The translations under genes and the position numbers were made by a program. Under the pieces are notes generated by a model that had not been told where the DNA came from, did no database searches, and worked only from the letters and a program-made list of their open reading frames with translations. This document shows positions 1 through 8,058 of a stretch of DNA of 48,826 nt, piece after piece (the stretch's first letter is position 1; each line of letters opens with the position of its first letter). The DNA is from a virus (taxonomy: Duplodnaviria; Caudoviricetes). The DNA lies in the IMG/VR virus record IMGVR_UViG_3300022895_000013, positions 1-48,826 of that record. One strand, 5' to 3'.

Positions 1-279
1 CGCCATGCGTGCGCAAGCGGCCAGGTCCAGCGGAACACTACCGCCCAACTGCAACGCCAGCGGATGCTCGGCTTCGTTGTGACGGAGGAAACGCTCGTGA
101 TCGCCGTTGAGCAGAGCGCCGGTGGTGACCATCTCGGTGTAAAGCAGGGCGTTTTTCGACAGGATGCGTAGGAAGTACCGGCAGTGGCGGTCAGTCCAAT
201 CCATCATAGGTGCAACGGAGAACCGCCGGGATAGCGCAGGGCTTGAGTTTACTGGGCTGGAGTGGGTATTTGGTACCAT
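1..279 (-). CDS. dusA: tRNA-dihydrouridine synthase A, 5' part (runs off the window); N-terminus supplied by the prophage end
   Basis: Manual translation from ATG 279: [81 protein letters not shown], with the DusA APMMDWTD and LQLGGS motifs. Confidence 0.95.
   Translation of the reverse strand, partial: MVPNTHSSPVNSSPALSRRFSVAPMMDWTDRHCRYFLRILSKNALLYTEMVTTGALLNGDHERFLRHNEAEHPLALQLGGSVPLDLAACARMA
189..211. repeat. attL core within dusA (GGTCAGTCCAATCCATCATAGGT)
   Basis: Similar copies at 43631, 43841 and 48596; lies in the MMDWTD codons, the region targeted by dusA-associated integrases. Confidence 0.8.
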
Positions 280-337
280 TTTGCTCAACGTGTTTAAAGC
301 AGGTTTTTGGGCGTTTTCAGGCGTTTTTTTCGTCTCG

Positions 338-375
338 CTGGTACAATGTACCAATCACTTTCGGAATTGTACCAG
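338..375. promoter_or_regulatory. Putative integrase arm-type sites (CTGGTAC/GTACCA repeats)
   Basis: ctggtacaatgtacca...ttgtaccag; the CTGGTAC motif recurs at 43766-43783 and 48528-48543 next to the right-hand att copies. Confidence 0.5.
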
Positions 376-381
376 TCGATT

Positions 382-1506
382 ATGGCAACGATCAGAGCTC
401 GAAAACGCACCGATGGCTCAGTCAGTTACACGGCACAGATACGCCTGTTTCGCGATGGAGCTCAAGTCTACCAAGAGAGCCAGACCTTCGCCCGGAAACA
501 GGCGGCACAAGCGTGGGTGCGGCGACGTGAAGCAGAGCTGGATCAGCCTGGTGCGATTGAGCGAGCGAACCGCAAGGGCGTCACCGTGCAGGACATGATC
601 ACTCAGTATCTGAATGAAATGGAGAAAGTTCGGCCGCTCGGTAAAACAAAGGAAGCCACGCTCAAGGCTATTGCAGCGTCGGAGTTCGGCCAGACCATTG
701 ACTCGGATATTAACAGTCAGCGCTTGGTGGATTTTGCACTCTGGCGTATGAGCAAGGAGGGCGGCGATGTCCAACCGCAGACAGCCGGCAATGATCTGGC
801 TCACCTTGGGGCTGTTTTATCGATTGCGCGTCCCGCTTGGGGGTATGAGGTAGATCCTCACGCGATGCCGGACGCTCGGAAGGTGTTGAGGAAGCTCGGC
901 TACAACATGAAGAGCCGGGAGCGTGATCGTCGTCCAACGAAGGACGAGCTGGATAAACTTTTGGAGCACTTCGTCAGCATGCAGCAGCGTCGGCCTAGTT
1001 CGATCAACATGCTGAAGGTGATTGGCTTCGCGATTTTTTCCACGCGTCGGCAGGATGAGATAAGCCGAGTTCAGTGGGAGGACGTCGATGAGTCGAATCA
1101 GCGGGTGCTGGTGAGAGATATGAAGAATCCCGGCCAAAAGATCGGCAATAATGTTTGGTGTCATCTGCCGGATGAGGCCTGGCGTATTTTGAAAAGCATG
1201 CCGAGAGAGCGAGCAGAGATTTTCCCATACAACCCGTCATCAATCGCAACTGCGTGGGCAAAGGCGTGCAAATTTCTGATGATCGAAGATCTGCACTTTC
1301 ATGATCTGCGGCATGATGGTGTTAGCCGGTTATTTGAGATGGACTGGGATATTCCACGAGTGGCCAGTGTCTCCGGCCATCGGGATTGGAATTCATTGCG
1401 TAGGTATACGCATCTGCGAGGGCGGGGCGATCACTATGCCAAATGGCCGTGGTTGGAGACAATTATTCAAGCGCCCGTGAAGTTGGGCGCTTGGGGTAAG
1501 CAGTAA
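382..1506 (+). CDS. int: Tyrosine recombinase, dusA-associated integrase
   Basis: STRRQDEI, HFHDLRHDG and VSGHRDWNSLRRYTH catalytic motifs; divergent from dusA; probable start ATG 382. Confidence 0.93.
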   Translation: MATIRARKRTDGSVSYTAQIRLFRDGAQVYQESQTFARKQAAQAWVRRREAELDQPGAIERANRKGVTVQDMITQYLNEMEKVRPLGKTKEATLKAIAASEFGQTIDSDINSQRLVDFALWRMSKEGGDVQPQTAGNDLAHLGAVLSIARPAWGYEVDPHAMPDARKVLRKLGYNMKSRERDRRPTKDELDKLLEHFVSMQQRRPSSINMLKVIGFAIFSTRRQDEISRVQWEDVDESNQRVLVRDMKNPGQKIGNNVWCHLPDEAWRILKSMPRERAEIFPYNPSSIATAWAKACKFLMIEDLHFHDLRHDGVSRLFEMDWDIPRVASVSGHRDWNSLRRYTHLRGRGDHYAKWPWLETIIQAPVKLGAWGKQ

Positions 1507-1507
1507 G

Positions 1508-1783
1508 TTAACTGGCTCGGCGAACTCCGTTGAGCTGGTTACATTCCTTTACCGCAGCCTCTCGCTGCGAGTCTAAGTAAGCTGCTAAGTCTGTGATATG
1601 TACACCTTTCGCACTTTTCTGGCTGGATTCAAGCCTAGTGATGGGGATTCGAATTTGACCGGCCATTACTTTGCGTTGAAACATATCGGTAGTTAGATGT
1701 GTGAAATAGTCTTTACACACTTGATTAAGTGGAATAATGGTCAGCCCGTTGTATTGGGCCATGAGCAGAAACAAAGTTTTCAT
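1508..1783 (-). CDS. Pyocin activator PrtN-family DNA-binding protein (possible excisionase/regulator)
   Basis: MKTLFLLMAQYNG...SQKSAKGVHITDLAAYLD resembles PrtN; convergent on the integrase. Confidence 0.75.
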   Translation of the reverse strand: MKTLFLLMAQYNGLTIIPLNQVCKDYFTHLTTDMFQRKVMAGQIRIPITRLESSQKSAKGVHITDLAAYLDSQREAAVKECNQLNGVRRAS

Positions 1784-2034
1784 GCAGCCTCCTTTGAAAG
1801 TCGCTTATACCCCTGAGCAAGCTGCGCGAGCGGGCGAATCTGAGCGGTTAGCGTTGCATTGTGTGCGGCTGCCTCGCGCAGCTTTTCATGGGGTATCAGG
1901 CCCCCGTCGGTGCTGCTGGAAGTGTTAATAATGCTTGCTGCTACGCAGCAGCTATTTTTTACAAACGTAGTGATCCGCTCATCGTTGCGGAGCAAAGCGG
2001 TCAGGGTTTTTGTGCTGATCTGTGCGACCTTCAT
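1780..2034 (-). CDS. Hypothetical phage protein
   Basis: Overlapping start/stop coupling in the leftward operon. Confidence 0.55.
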   Translation of the reverse strand: MKVAQISTKTLTALLRNDERITTFVKNSCCVAASIINTSSSTDGGLIPHEKLREAAAHNATLTAQIRPLAQLAQGYKRLSKEAA

Positions 2035-2573
2035 GCCGCTTTCCTCCGGTGTTCGACAGCGAGTTGATCCATCAGGCGCTGCAGGTACGTGAGTCGCGCT
2101 TCGTTAGGTGACCAAGGGCGAATGGCCTCGGCAGCAGGTTCGATGCCGACCAGACAATCCCAGATAGCCGAATCGGTTGGCATGAGGTCGCGGCGCTCGG
2201 TGGCCAGTGCTATCAGGTCGGCCTGTCGCACGGTTGCAGGCAGTACGGTGTTGAGCTTGAACCGGATGCATATGCGCTCCCAGATCCAGTCCTCGACGTC
2301 CTGATACGCAGCCATCCACTGCTTAAGTGGGCGCACCATGTCGCCGATGTAGGCTTCCGTTCCGTCGTGCAACAGGGCAACCAGTTTGTCTTCTTCTGGT
2401 ACCAGATCGGCTACCAGGCAGCAGTGTTGCGCGACGCTATAGAACTCGCGGGTGTGGCCATTAAATCGGCACTGATTGGCGAGCGAATGGGCAATGTCTC
2501 GAGGGTCGATCAGTTCGACGTCTGGGTCGTAAAGGTCGAACTGCTTGCCGGTGAAGGTGAGGATCCAGCTCAT
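2031..2573 (-). CDS. HD-domain phosphohydrolase (YfbR-like 5'-deoxynucleotidase)
   Basis: DIAHSLA...RFNGHT...YSVAQH...LLHDGTEAYIGD. Confidence 0.85.
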   Translation of the reverse strand: MSWILTFTGKQFDLYDPDVELIDPRDIAHSLANQCRFNGHTREFYSVAQHCCLVADLVPEEDKLVALLHDGTEAYIGDMVRPLKQWMAAYQDVEDWIWERICIRFKLNTVLPATVRQADLIALATERRDLMPTDSAIWDCLVGIEPAAEAIRPWSPNEARLTYLQRLMDQLAVEHRRKAA

Positions 2574-3109
2574 GCTGCACCACCAATTGCTGTGTGTGCG
2601 GTTTCACCTTGAGATAGCTGCTGGAAAAAAAGAGCAGCTTTTTCTGCATCTCCCTTGCTGAGAGGAATGCGAGGAGACACCTTTTCTATCGTTGCACGAC
2701 CTTTTATTTCGGCGGGCTTCAGTAATTCGGCCATGGCGAGCGCCTCATCGCGCAGGGCGCGCGTTTCGCGTTCCAATTTCTTCCCGGTGCGGAAGGCTGC
2801 GAAAGTCTCGGCGGCAATGCGGAGCTTTTCAGCGATGTCGAGCAACTTCTGGCGTTCGGGTTCACCAAGCTTCAATGCTTGCTGGAGGCGTTTGCTGAAA
2901 TGCGCCAGGTGGGCGTGGTCTGCCTTGATGAAGTCGAGGGAGGCTTCTAACTCGCGAATGGTCTTGGCGCTTTCGGCACGTTGGATGTCGTCGCTTTCTT
3001 TCATACCGGCGGACATTCCGTCGGTATGGCCCATGAAGTAGCCGGCCCAAATTAATAGCCCCGCCAGAGTGATGAGAGAGATGAGTGCGCAGATTTGAAT
3101 TGCTGTCAT
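2570..3109 (-). CDS. Hypothetical protein, N-terminal TM helix plus coiled coil
   Basis: Hydrophobic ICALISLITLAGLLIWAGYFM; coupled to the HD gene; start probably ATG 3109. Confidence 0.65.
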   Translation of the reverse strand: MTAIQICALISLITLAGLLIWAGYFMGHTDGMSAGMKESDDIQRAESAKTIRELEASLDFIKADHAHLAHFSKRLQQALKLGEPERQKLLDIAEKLRIAAETFAAFRTGKKLERETRALRDEALAMAELLKPAEIKGRATIEKVSPRIPLSKGDAEKAALFFQQLSQGETAHTAIGGAA

Positions 3110-3181
3110 TTGGTTTGCTCCTGGGTTCGCTTGGCTGGTGGTGGCAGCCAAATAGGGATGTCGCTTGATCTCGAGTGGGTA

Positions 3182-3502
3182 TTACGCGTCCGGCTTGTGT
3201 TCTAGCGGTCGTTGCATCTCTTCATCAGCCTTGTAGGCGCGGATATCGATCAGAGCCGCAACGTGCTTGATGTGGGCATACCTCAATGCTTTTCCGCTTT
3301 CGTCGATAGTGGTCACGGGAATTTGAATCCGGCGGCTATTGATCGCTTCTGTGAACGTCTTTTCGTTGAGATTCTTGAAGTAGTGGACACGCAGCTTTTC
3401 AAGTGGAATGAGTACGTCGCCGAAAAGACGGTAAAGCATGTCAACGGTGCAGGTATCAGGCGCTGGAAGCAGTCGCAGCGGTGTTTGGTTTGCGTTGTTC
3501 AT
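3182..3502 (-). CDS. Second PrtN-family protein
   Basis: LYRLFGDVLIPLEKLRVHYF...IPVTTIDESGKALRYAHIKHVAALID parallels the PrtN pattern. Confidence 0.65.
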   Translation of the reverse strand: MNNANQTPLRLLPAPDTCTVDMLYRLFGDVLIPLEKLRVHYFKNLNEKTFTEAINSRRIQIPVTTIDESGKALRYAHIKHVAALIDIRAYKADEEMQRPLEHKPDA

Positions 3503-3506
3503 GTGG

Positions 3507-3674
3507 CTATTGAGCCTCCTTGCGTTTGGATCGTGATGGGTGGTTCCAGGCGTTCAGGCAATGGCGTTTGGTCAATTCCCGCAGATGTTCGGGCACCTCC
3601 TGGAGCGCGGCATTGCGCTCCTCACGTGTCCGCATTGCGATGATCTGGCGGGCGTACTCCCTAGGCCACGTCAC
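3507..3674 (-). CDS. Small hypothetical phage protein (55 aa, not in the ORF track)
   Basis: Manual translation from GTG: MTWPREYARQIIAMRTREERNAALQEVPEHLRELTKRHCLNAWNHPSRSKRKEAQ*; fills the operon gap. Confidence 0.6.
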   Translation of the reverse strand: MTWPREYARQIIAMRTREERNAALQEVPEHLRELTKRHCLNAWNHPSRSKRKEAQ

Positions 3675-3942
3675 GGCGGTCTGCCGGGATGGCAGGCAAG
3701 TCGATGTCCAACTGCTCGGCCAGCCAGCGAAGGCCGGACTGGGTTACCCGGGTCGACTGGCTGTACTGCATGCCGTACTTCTCGTCGTACCAGGGGCTGA
3801 CCTTGACTCGCAGGTGGGCTTTGTCGCGCTCCGGGGCCGTCGGCAGGTTTCCCTTGAGCAAACCCTTTTCGCGCATGCGGGCGATGAGCTTGGGACGGGT
3901 TAGGCCGAGATGGGCAGCTGTTTGGGCGAGGGTACGTTCCAT
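3661..3942 (-). CDS. Phage antirepressor KilAC/ANT-domain protein
   Basis: LAQTAAHLGL...LREKGLL-like segment and TRVTQSGLRWL C-terminal motif; GGAGG RBS before ATG 3942. Confidence 0.7.
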   Translation of the reverse strand: MERTLAQTAAHLGLTRPKLIARMREKGLLKGNLPTAPERDKAHLRVKVSPWYDEKYGMQYSQSTRVTQSGLRWLAEQLDIDLPAIPADRRDVA

Positions 3943-3952
3943 GTCGCCCTCC

Positions 3953-4543
3953 TTAAGCCGCATGTGCAGCAGGAGTGGCTGCTGCAGCAATTTGGCTGAT
4001 GGATTCGCTGACCTTGCCGTAGATCTCGACATCGGTACCGCACGCGGTGAAACACCGGGTGCGCGGGCTCTTTATGCCGATGCTGAGGATGGCGGTGATG
4101 CAAGAGAGAGTGTGCGGGCGATGAACAGCCACGTGCAGCGGCAGATCGAAGCCCATGTCGAGGCTCAGCACGCCGCCGGTACGAATCAGCTCGAATACCC
4201 GCTGCTTGTCCTCCACGTCAAAGCGGCCGTATTGGCGATCGGCATGCGCGCGATGCACTAGGTCGCTGGTGCTGCTCGGATCAAGCGGGCCGTTGGCGAT
4301 CTCCTCGATGAAGTCGGCCAGCTTGAGGTGCATCTTCTTGTCGTTCGGCAGGGTCAGCGTGTGGCGTTCACTACCGAGCTCGATGACAAAAGTGCTTTCC
4401 ACGGTGCCGCGTTCGGCCTTGAGACGGAATGCCAGGCACTCGCGCCTCGGCGCTGTGCGCAGGACGTGGTTGAAGGTCTCGGTCAGGTTGACCTGAGCGT
4501 TGAGCAACTGCAGGGTACGGTTGTCGATTTTGTACTTGGTCAT
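3953..4543 (-). CDS. Hypothetical phage protein
   Basis: 196-aa ORF in the leftward early operon, with RBS. Confidence 0.7.
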   Translation of the reverse strand: MTKYKIDNRTLQLLNAQVNLTETFNHVLRTAPRRECLAFRLKAERGTVESTFVIELGSERHTLTLPNDKKMHLKLADFIEEIANGPLDPSSTSDLVHRAHADRQYGRFDVEDKQRVFELIRTGGVLSLDMGFDLPLHVAVHRPHTLSCITAILSIGIKSPRTRCFTACGTDVEIYGKVSESISQIAAAATPAAHAA

Positions 4544-4716
4544 GCTGCGCGCCCTCCGCCGTTTGGATGGAGTGGGGTGGGGGCGGTGTGAGCTTGCTGC
4601 TTCGGTTTACTAGATACAAACGAGCAGCCGCTCTGGCGTGCTAGACGGCGGATTTCGAAGATACGGGATGGGACAGCAGCGGCCGGATGGACGTGCAGGG
4701 TTGCTGTGGTGTGCAT
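4540..4716 (-). CDS. Small hypothetical phage protein, first gene of the leftward operon
   Basis: GAGG RBS before ATG 4716; coupled to the next gene. Confidence 0.55.
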   Translation of the reverse strand: MHTTATLHVHPAAAVPSRIFEIRRLARQSGCSFVSSKPKQQAHTAPTPLHPNGGGRAA

Positions 4717-4751
4717 GGTCTTGCCTCGCTCTGTGGTGGAAGAGTGAGACA

Positions 4752-4790
4752 AATATCAACCAGCGGTTGCGATATGTCAACTGATGGTTG
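4752..4790 (-). promoter_or_regulatory. PL-like promoter (TTGACA-17-GATATT) overlapped by two CAAC-N5-GTTG operators
   Basis: -35 at 4775-4780 and -10 at 4752-4757 on the minus strand; operators at 4757-4769 and 4778-4790. Confidence 0.75.
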
Positions 4791-4868
4791 CTTTTCAGAA
4801 AAGTGGAAAAATTAGAGGGTTAGTGGCATTCTGCCTGCCTTAACGCAGGATGGCAGAGTAATTCAGTT

Positions 4869-5927
4869 ATGGAAAATTTTTATCCATTAAGCTTCTTTCA
4901 GGCTGTAGGCGGCTTATTGTGTATTTCCGCATTAGTCTTCAGCTTCATATCTTTATTCGAGAATTCTAGGACGCACGCAATACGTATACTCGCTATATTT
5001 CTCGTCGTTGCTCTGGCTCTTTTTGCTAATCATGTGACAGTGTATTTTGCTTCGGTATTTATAATTGCAACGGCGGTTACTGAGCTAGAGTTTCTTCAGA
5101 CTTTGGCTGCAATTCTAAGGGGCAATAAAGAATATTTTGCCTATAAGAAAGAAACTCTCTCTGATGAGGCGAAGTATAAAAGCTCAAAGGCGGAGTTGGT
5201 GGAGTTGGGTGCTCTTCCAGTTGTGGCTGCTAATGATTCTCGCGGAAAAAGTGAGATGGAAATTCCTAATGTGCCACCGGCCAGTGGTGAAAAGGAAAAT
5301 ATTGGAGACCAGAAGGTAACTGATATTGAGTCTTCGGCTGACGTCTCTAGTGAGCTTGGTGCGGATGAAAGGGAAGAAAAGTACGGCTCTGACAATAAAT
5401 ATCCTTCACCAAGTTCCAAGCATTATCATGTTAGAGACTTAAAAGAGTCGCCCGTAGCTTATAAGAATTTTAAGAAAGATGAGATGCGGATGGCAGTTCA
5501 ACGGGTCATTTCCTTGGAGTCAAAAGCGATCGATTATGTCCAAGGGATGTACGGAACAATTGTTGAGCGAAATGTTGTTTACAGATCTAAAGATTCTGAT
5601 TTGGTTTTGGAGTTGGACGGACTTATAACTCGGCCTAATGCGATTGGTTATATAGATCAGATTTTTGAGGTGAAGTACCTTTCTGCACCATCAAAATTAG
5701 AAGCGCTTATCAGCCAGCTCCCCAAAGTTGCGGTGAAGTCGCATCAATATAGGCAGATTACTAAAAGACAGGCTTCACTTCAGCTGGTTGTGGTACTTGA
5801 TTATGAGCACGGTCTATCTGAAGGTGAGTTGGAGATGCTGCGGGTTGGTATAACTAAGTGGGATATAGACGGTTTCGTTGTTGTAACGTCTAAAGAACTG
5901 GGGGCGCGAAATTTTACTCAGGAATGA
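4869..5927 (+). CDS. AT-rich moron: N-terminal TM helices plus C-terminal PD-(D/E)xK-like domain
   Basis: About 3 hydrophobic segments in the first 85 aa; ELDGLI...IFEVKY motif; low GC; convergent on cI. Confidence 0.7.
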   Translation: MENFYPLSFFQAVGGLLCISALVFSFISLFENSRTHAIRILAIFLVVALALFANHVTVYFASVFIIATAVTELEFLQTLAAILRGNKEYFAYKKETLSDEAKYKSSKAELVELGALPVVAANDSRGKSEMEIPNVPPASGEKENIGDQKVTDIESSADVSSELGADEREEKYGSDNKYPSPSSKHYHVRDLKESPVAYKNFKKDEMRMAVQRVISLESKAIDYVQGMYGTIVERNVVYRSKDSDLVLELDGLITRPNAIGYIDQIFEVKYLSAPSKLEALISQLPKVAVKSHQYRQITKRQASLQLVVVLDYEHGLSEGELEMLRVGITKWDIDGFVVVTSKELGARNFTQE

Positions 5928-6645
5928 ATGAGCCGACTACTTTCCCGCAAATATGCGTTTCCTCGGTGATCTCAATAATGGGGTATTGAGGGTTTATAGG
6001 CCTAAGGAACTGTCGGCCAGCATCCTCTACCAATATTTTAAAAGTGGCTTCATTGGTCCGAGGAAGGCTGGCTATTACGCGATCACCTGTCTTCGTTTCT
6101 GCTTCAGGATCAACAAATATTATACATCCGGTTGGATAGCTACGACCTGGGCCAGGATTAGTCATCGAGTCGCCAAGTACCTTCAATGCGTATCCATGAA
6201 TACTGATAGGCACTGGGCATGATAACCATGAGTCTGGATCATAAGTTTCAATGTTCGAAACCGCCTCGCACCAAGCCCCTGCTTGTACCCACGAGATTAA
6301 AGGCACTTTCCCAAAACGTTGATTAATCTCGCGGACATTGCCTTCAACAGCAGTGTTGAGATGCACGACATTACCGTCACAGGCTTGCTGCTTCGGGTGT
6401 ACCCCATATTCCAGCCACTCCCGACGAACCTTCAGCCACGAACATAGTGCAGCCATGCTGTCCGCTTCTGCCATTGCTTCGCCATTAAGCCACTTACTTA
6501 TCGCCTGAGTTGTTTTATCGACCCCGAGGCTCTTCAGTTTACGATGAATATCCACGCCACGACCTCGCGCACGTACACCGGCGTCGTTCAGGGCTTCGTG
6601 TAGGCGCTCGCTGAAAGCTGCGCGGAGAGCATTTTTATCAACCAT
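5914..6645 (-). CDS. cI: CI-like repressor (HTH plus S24 autopeptidase)
   Basis: TTQAISKWLNGE HTH, VQAG cleavage site, GDSM and TFK catalytic motifs. Confidence 0.92.
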   Translation of the reverse strand: MVDKNALRAAFSERLHEALNDAGVRARGRGVDIHRKLKSLGVDKTTQAISKWLNGEAMAEADSMAALCSWLKVRREWLEYGVHPKQQACDGNVVHLNTAVEGNVREINQRFGKVPLISWVQAGAWCEAVSNIETYDPDSWLSCPVPISIHGYALKVLGDSMTNPGPGRSYPTGCIIFVDPEAETKTGDRVIASLPRTNEATFKILVEDAGRQFLRPINPQYPIIEITEETHICGKVVGSFIPE

Positions 6646-6708
6646 GGGTTGAGAGTCTCACAAAGGTTGCGCAATAGTCAGTTGATCTGTAACATCAACC
6701 GTAAGTTG
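6639..6708. promoter_or_regulatory. OR operators and PR promoter (TTGCGC-17-TAACAT)
   Basis: CAAC-N5-GTTG at 6639-6651 and 6696-6708, imperfect copies at 6657-6669 and 6672-6684; -35 at 6667-6672, -10 at 6690-6695. Confidence 0.75.
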
Positions 6709-6724
6709 ATAAATGGAGGTTGTC

Positions 6725-6985
6725 ATGCTGGACCCCGCAGATTTTCCGAGTGCGATTGCGTTCGCTTTTGAAGCCGTAGGCGGCATCGGGGCCGCTGCGA
6801 AGGTATGCAATAGAAGCTACCAAGCACTGAACAAATGGCGTCAGGCTGCATGCCTGCCGAGAACGGATTACACAGGTGAAACCAAATACGCTGAGCTGTT
6901 GGCGACTGCTGCGAAGCAGAAAGGCAACGCATTCCAAGCTGCTTGGCTTTTGAGCGCTTCGGCTCCGCAAAAAGCTGCAGCGTAG
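6725..6985 (+). CDS. cro: Cro-like repressor
   Basis: GGIGAAAKVCNRSYQALNKW HTH; divergent from cI; GGAGG RBS. Confidence 0.8.
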   Translation: MLDPADFPSAIAFAFEAVGGIGAAAKVCNRSYQALNKWRQAACLPRTDYTGETKYAELLATAAKQKGNAFQAAWLLSASAPQKAAA

Positions 6986-7316
6986 ATAGAAAAAAGGCGA
7001 CCCAAAGGCCGCCCAGTTCCTCCCGGCACGCACCACCACAGCGCTGTCGGGCCGCGTTAGGAGTAGGCGGGCAAACCAAATGCAAACCGCCCAGTCCTCT
7101 CGCGTTTTCCAAGGCTCGGAAGCTTTGGTGTTGCTGCCTTTTCCACCACAGAGCTGGCAGCTGTTGCGCTAGGGGTGAACAACGGATTGTTCGCCCCAGC
7201 ACGGTGCCGGTGTTGGTCTATGAAACCTCGCCGGCGTTTGGGCACTTACACGCCACACGACAAATGTACCACCACTCCCTGTCGTGCGGCACTGGCAACA
7301 TTCAAGGATTAATGCC

Positions 7317-7835
7317 ATGAGCCGAATCGCTCTGAGTTCCGTAGATCGGGCACAGCGGGAAGTCCTGCCGCTCGATTTAGCGCTGTACCACGCCGCTCGC
7401 GAATACCCAGGCGGCGCTGCGGCCATCGCCGCCACGACCGGTCGCAACCCGACCACGCTGCAGCACAAGCTGTCGCCGACCCATCCCAGCCACTCCATCA
7501 ACATTCAGGAGTTTGGCGAAATCCTCGAACTGACCAAGGATCGCCGCATTCTCGATGCAGTACATGCGCTGGTCGGCGACACGGTCTGGCAGGAGTTGGC
7601 CGACACCTACACGAACGACATGCCTGAAACCCTCACGACTGGTATCGCCGAGTACTTCCGGCAGGTCGCGGATCTTGCCGAGACCTGGGCCAAGAGCATC
7701 GGCGACGGCGTCGTCACCGATCAGGAACTCGCCGCGATTCGTCTGCAGGTGTTCCGGGGTATTCAAGGGTTGCTCGGGTTGTTCAACCGCGCCACCTACG
7801 TCAATCAGACGACGCGAGGTGTTGACCGTGGCTGA
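7317..7835 (+). CDS. Phage regulatory CII-family protein
   Basis: YPGGAAAIAA...TLQHKLSP...DGVVTDQEL pattern; position after cro. Confidence 0.8.
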   Translation: MSRIALSSVDRAQREVLPLDLALYHAAREYPGGAAAIAATTGRNPTTLQHKLSPTHPSHSINIQEFGEILELTKDRRILDAVHALVGDTVWQELADTYTNDMPETLTTGIAEYFRQVADLAETWAKSIGDGVVTDQELAAIRLQVFRGIQGLLGLFNRATYVNQTTRGVDRG

Positions 7836-8058
7836 CATCGCAGACTTTGCTAATGATCTCGTCCAAGAGCGTGTCGACCAAGCGCTCGCAGCACGTCGCT
7901 TCGCCGCCAAACCTGCATTGGCGGCGCACTCTTATATGTTCTGTGAAGATTGCGAAGAGCCGATTCCAGAGGCACGTCGTGTGGCGCAACCAGGCTGCAC
8001 GCATTGTGTGGACTGTCTTTCGCTCGCGGAATTAAAGGGAGCTCGTCATGCTCGATGA
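7828..8058 (+). CDS. TraR/DksA C4 zinc-finger protein
   Basis: MADIADFAND...CEDCEEPIPEARR...CTHCVDC. Confidence 0.88.
   Translation: MADIADFANDLVQERVDQALAARRFAAKPALAAHSYMFCEDCEEPIPEARRVAQPGCTHCVDCLSLAELKGARHAR

Noticed and set aside
164-598. ORFs 164-598 and 210-530, and the TTG start at 307 for the integrase
   Set aside because: They overlap dusA, att and int; ATG 382 (MATIRARK) is the more typical integrase start
3134-3141. GCTGGTGG as a Chi site
   Set aside because: This is the E. coli Chi sequence in a probable Pseudomonas host; better explained by the CCACCAC hairpin on the other strand
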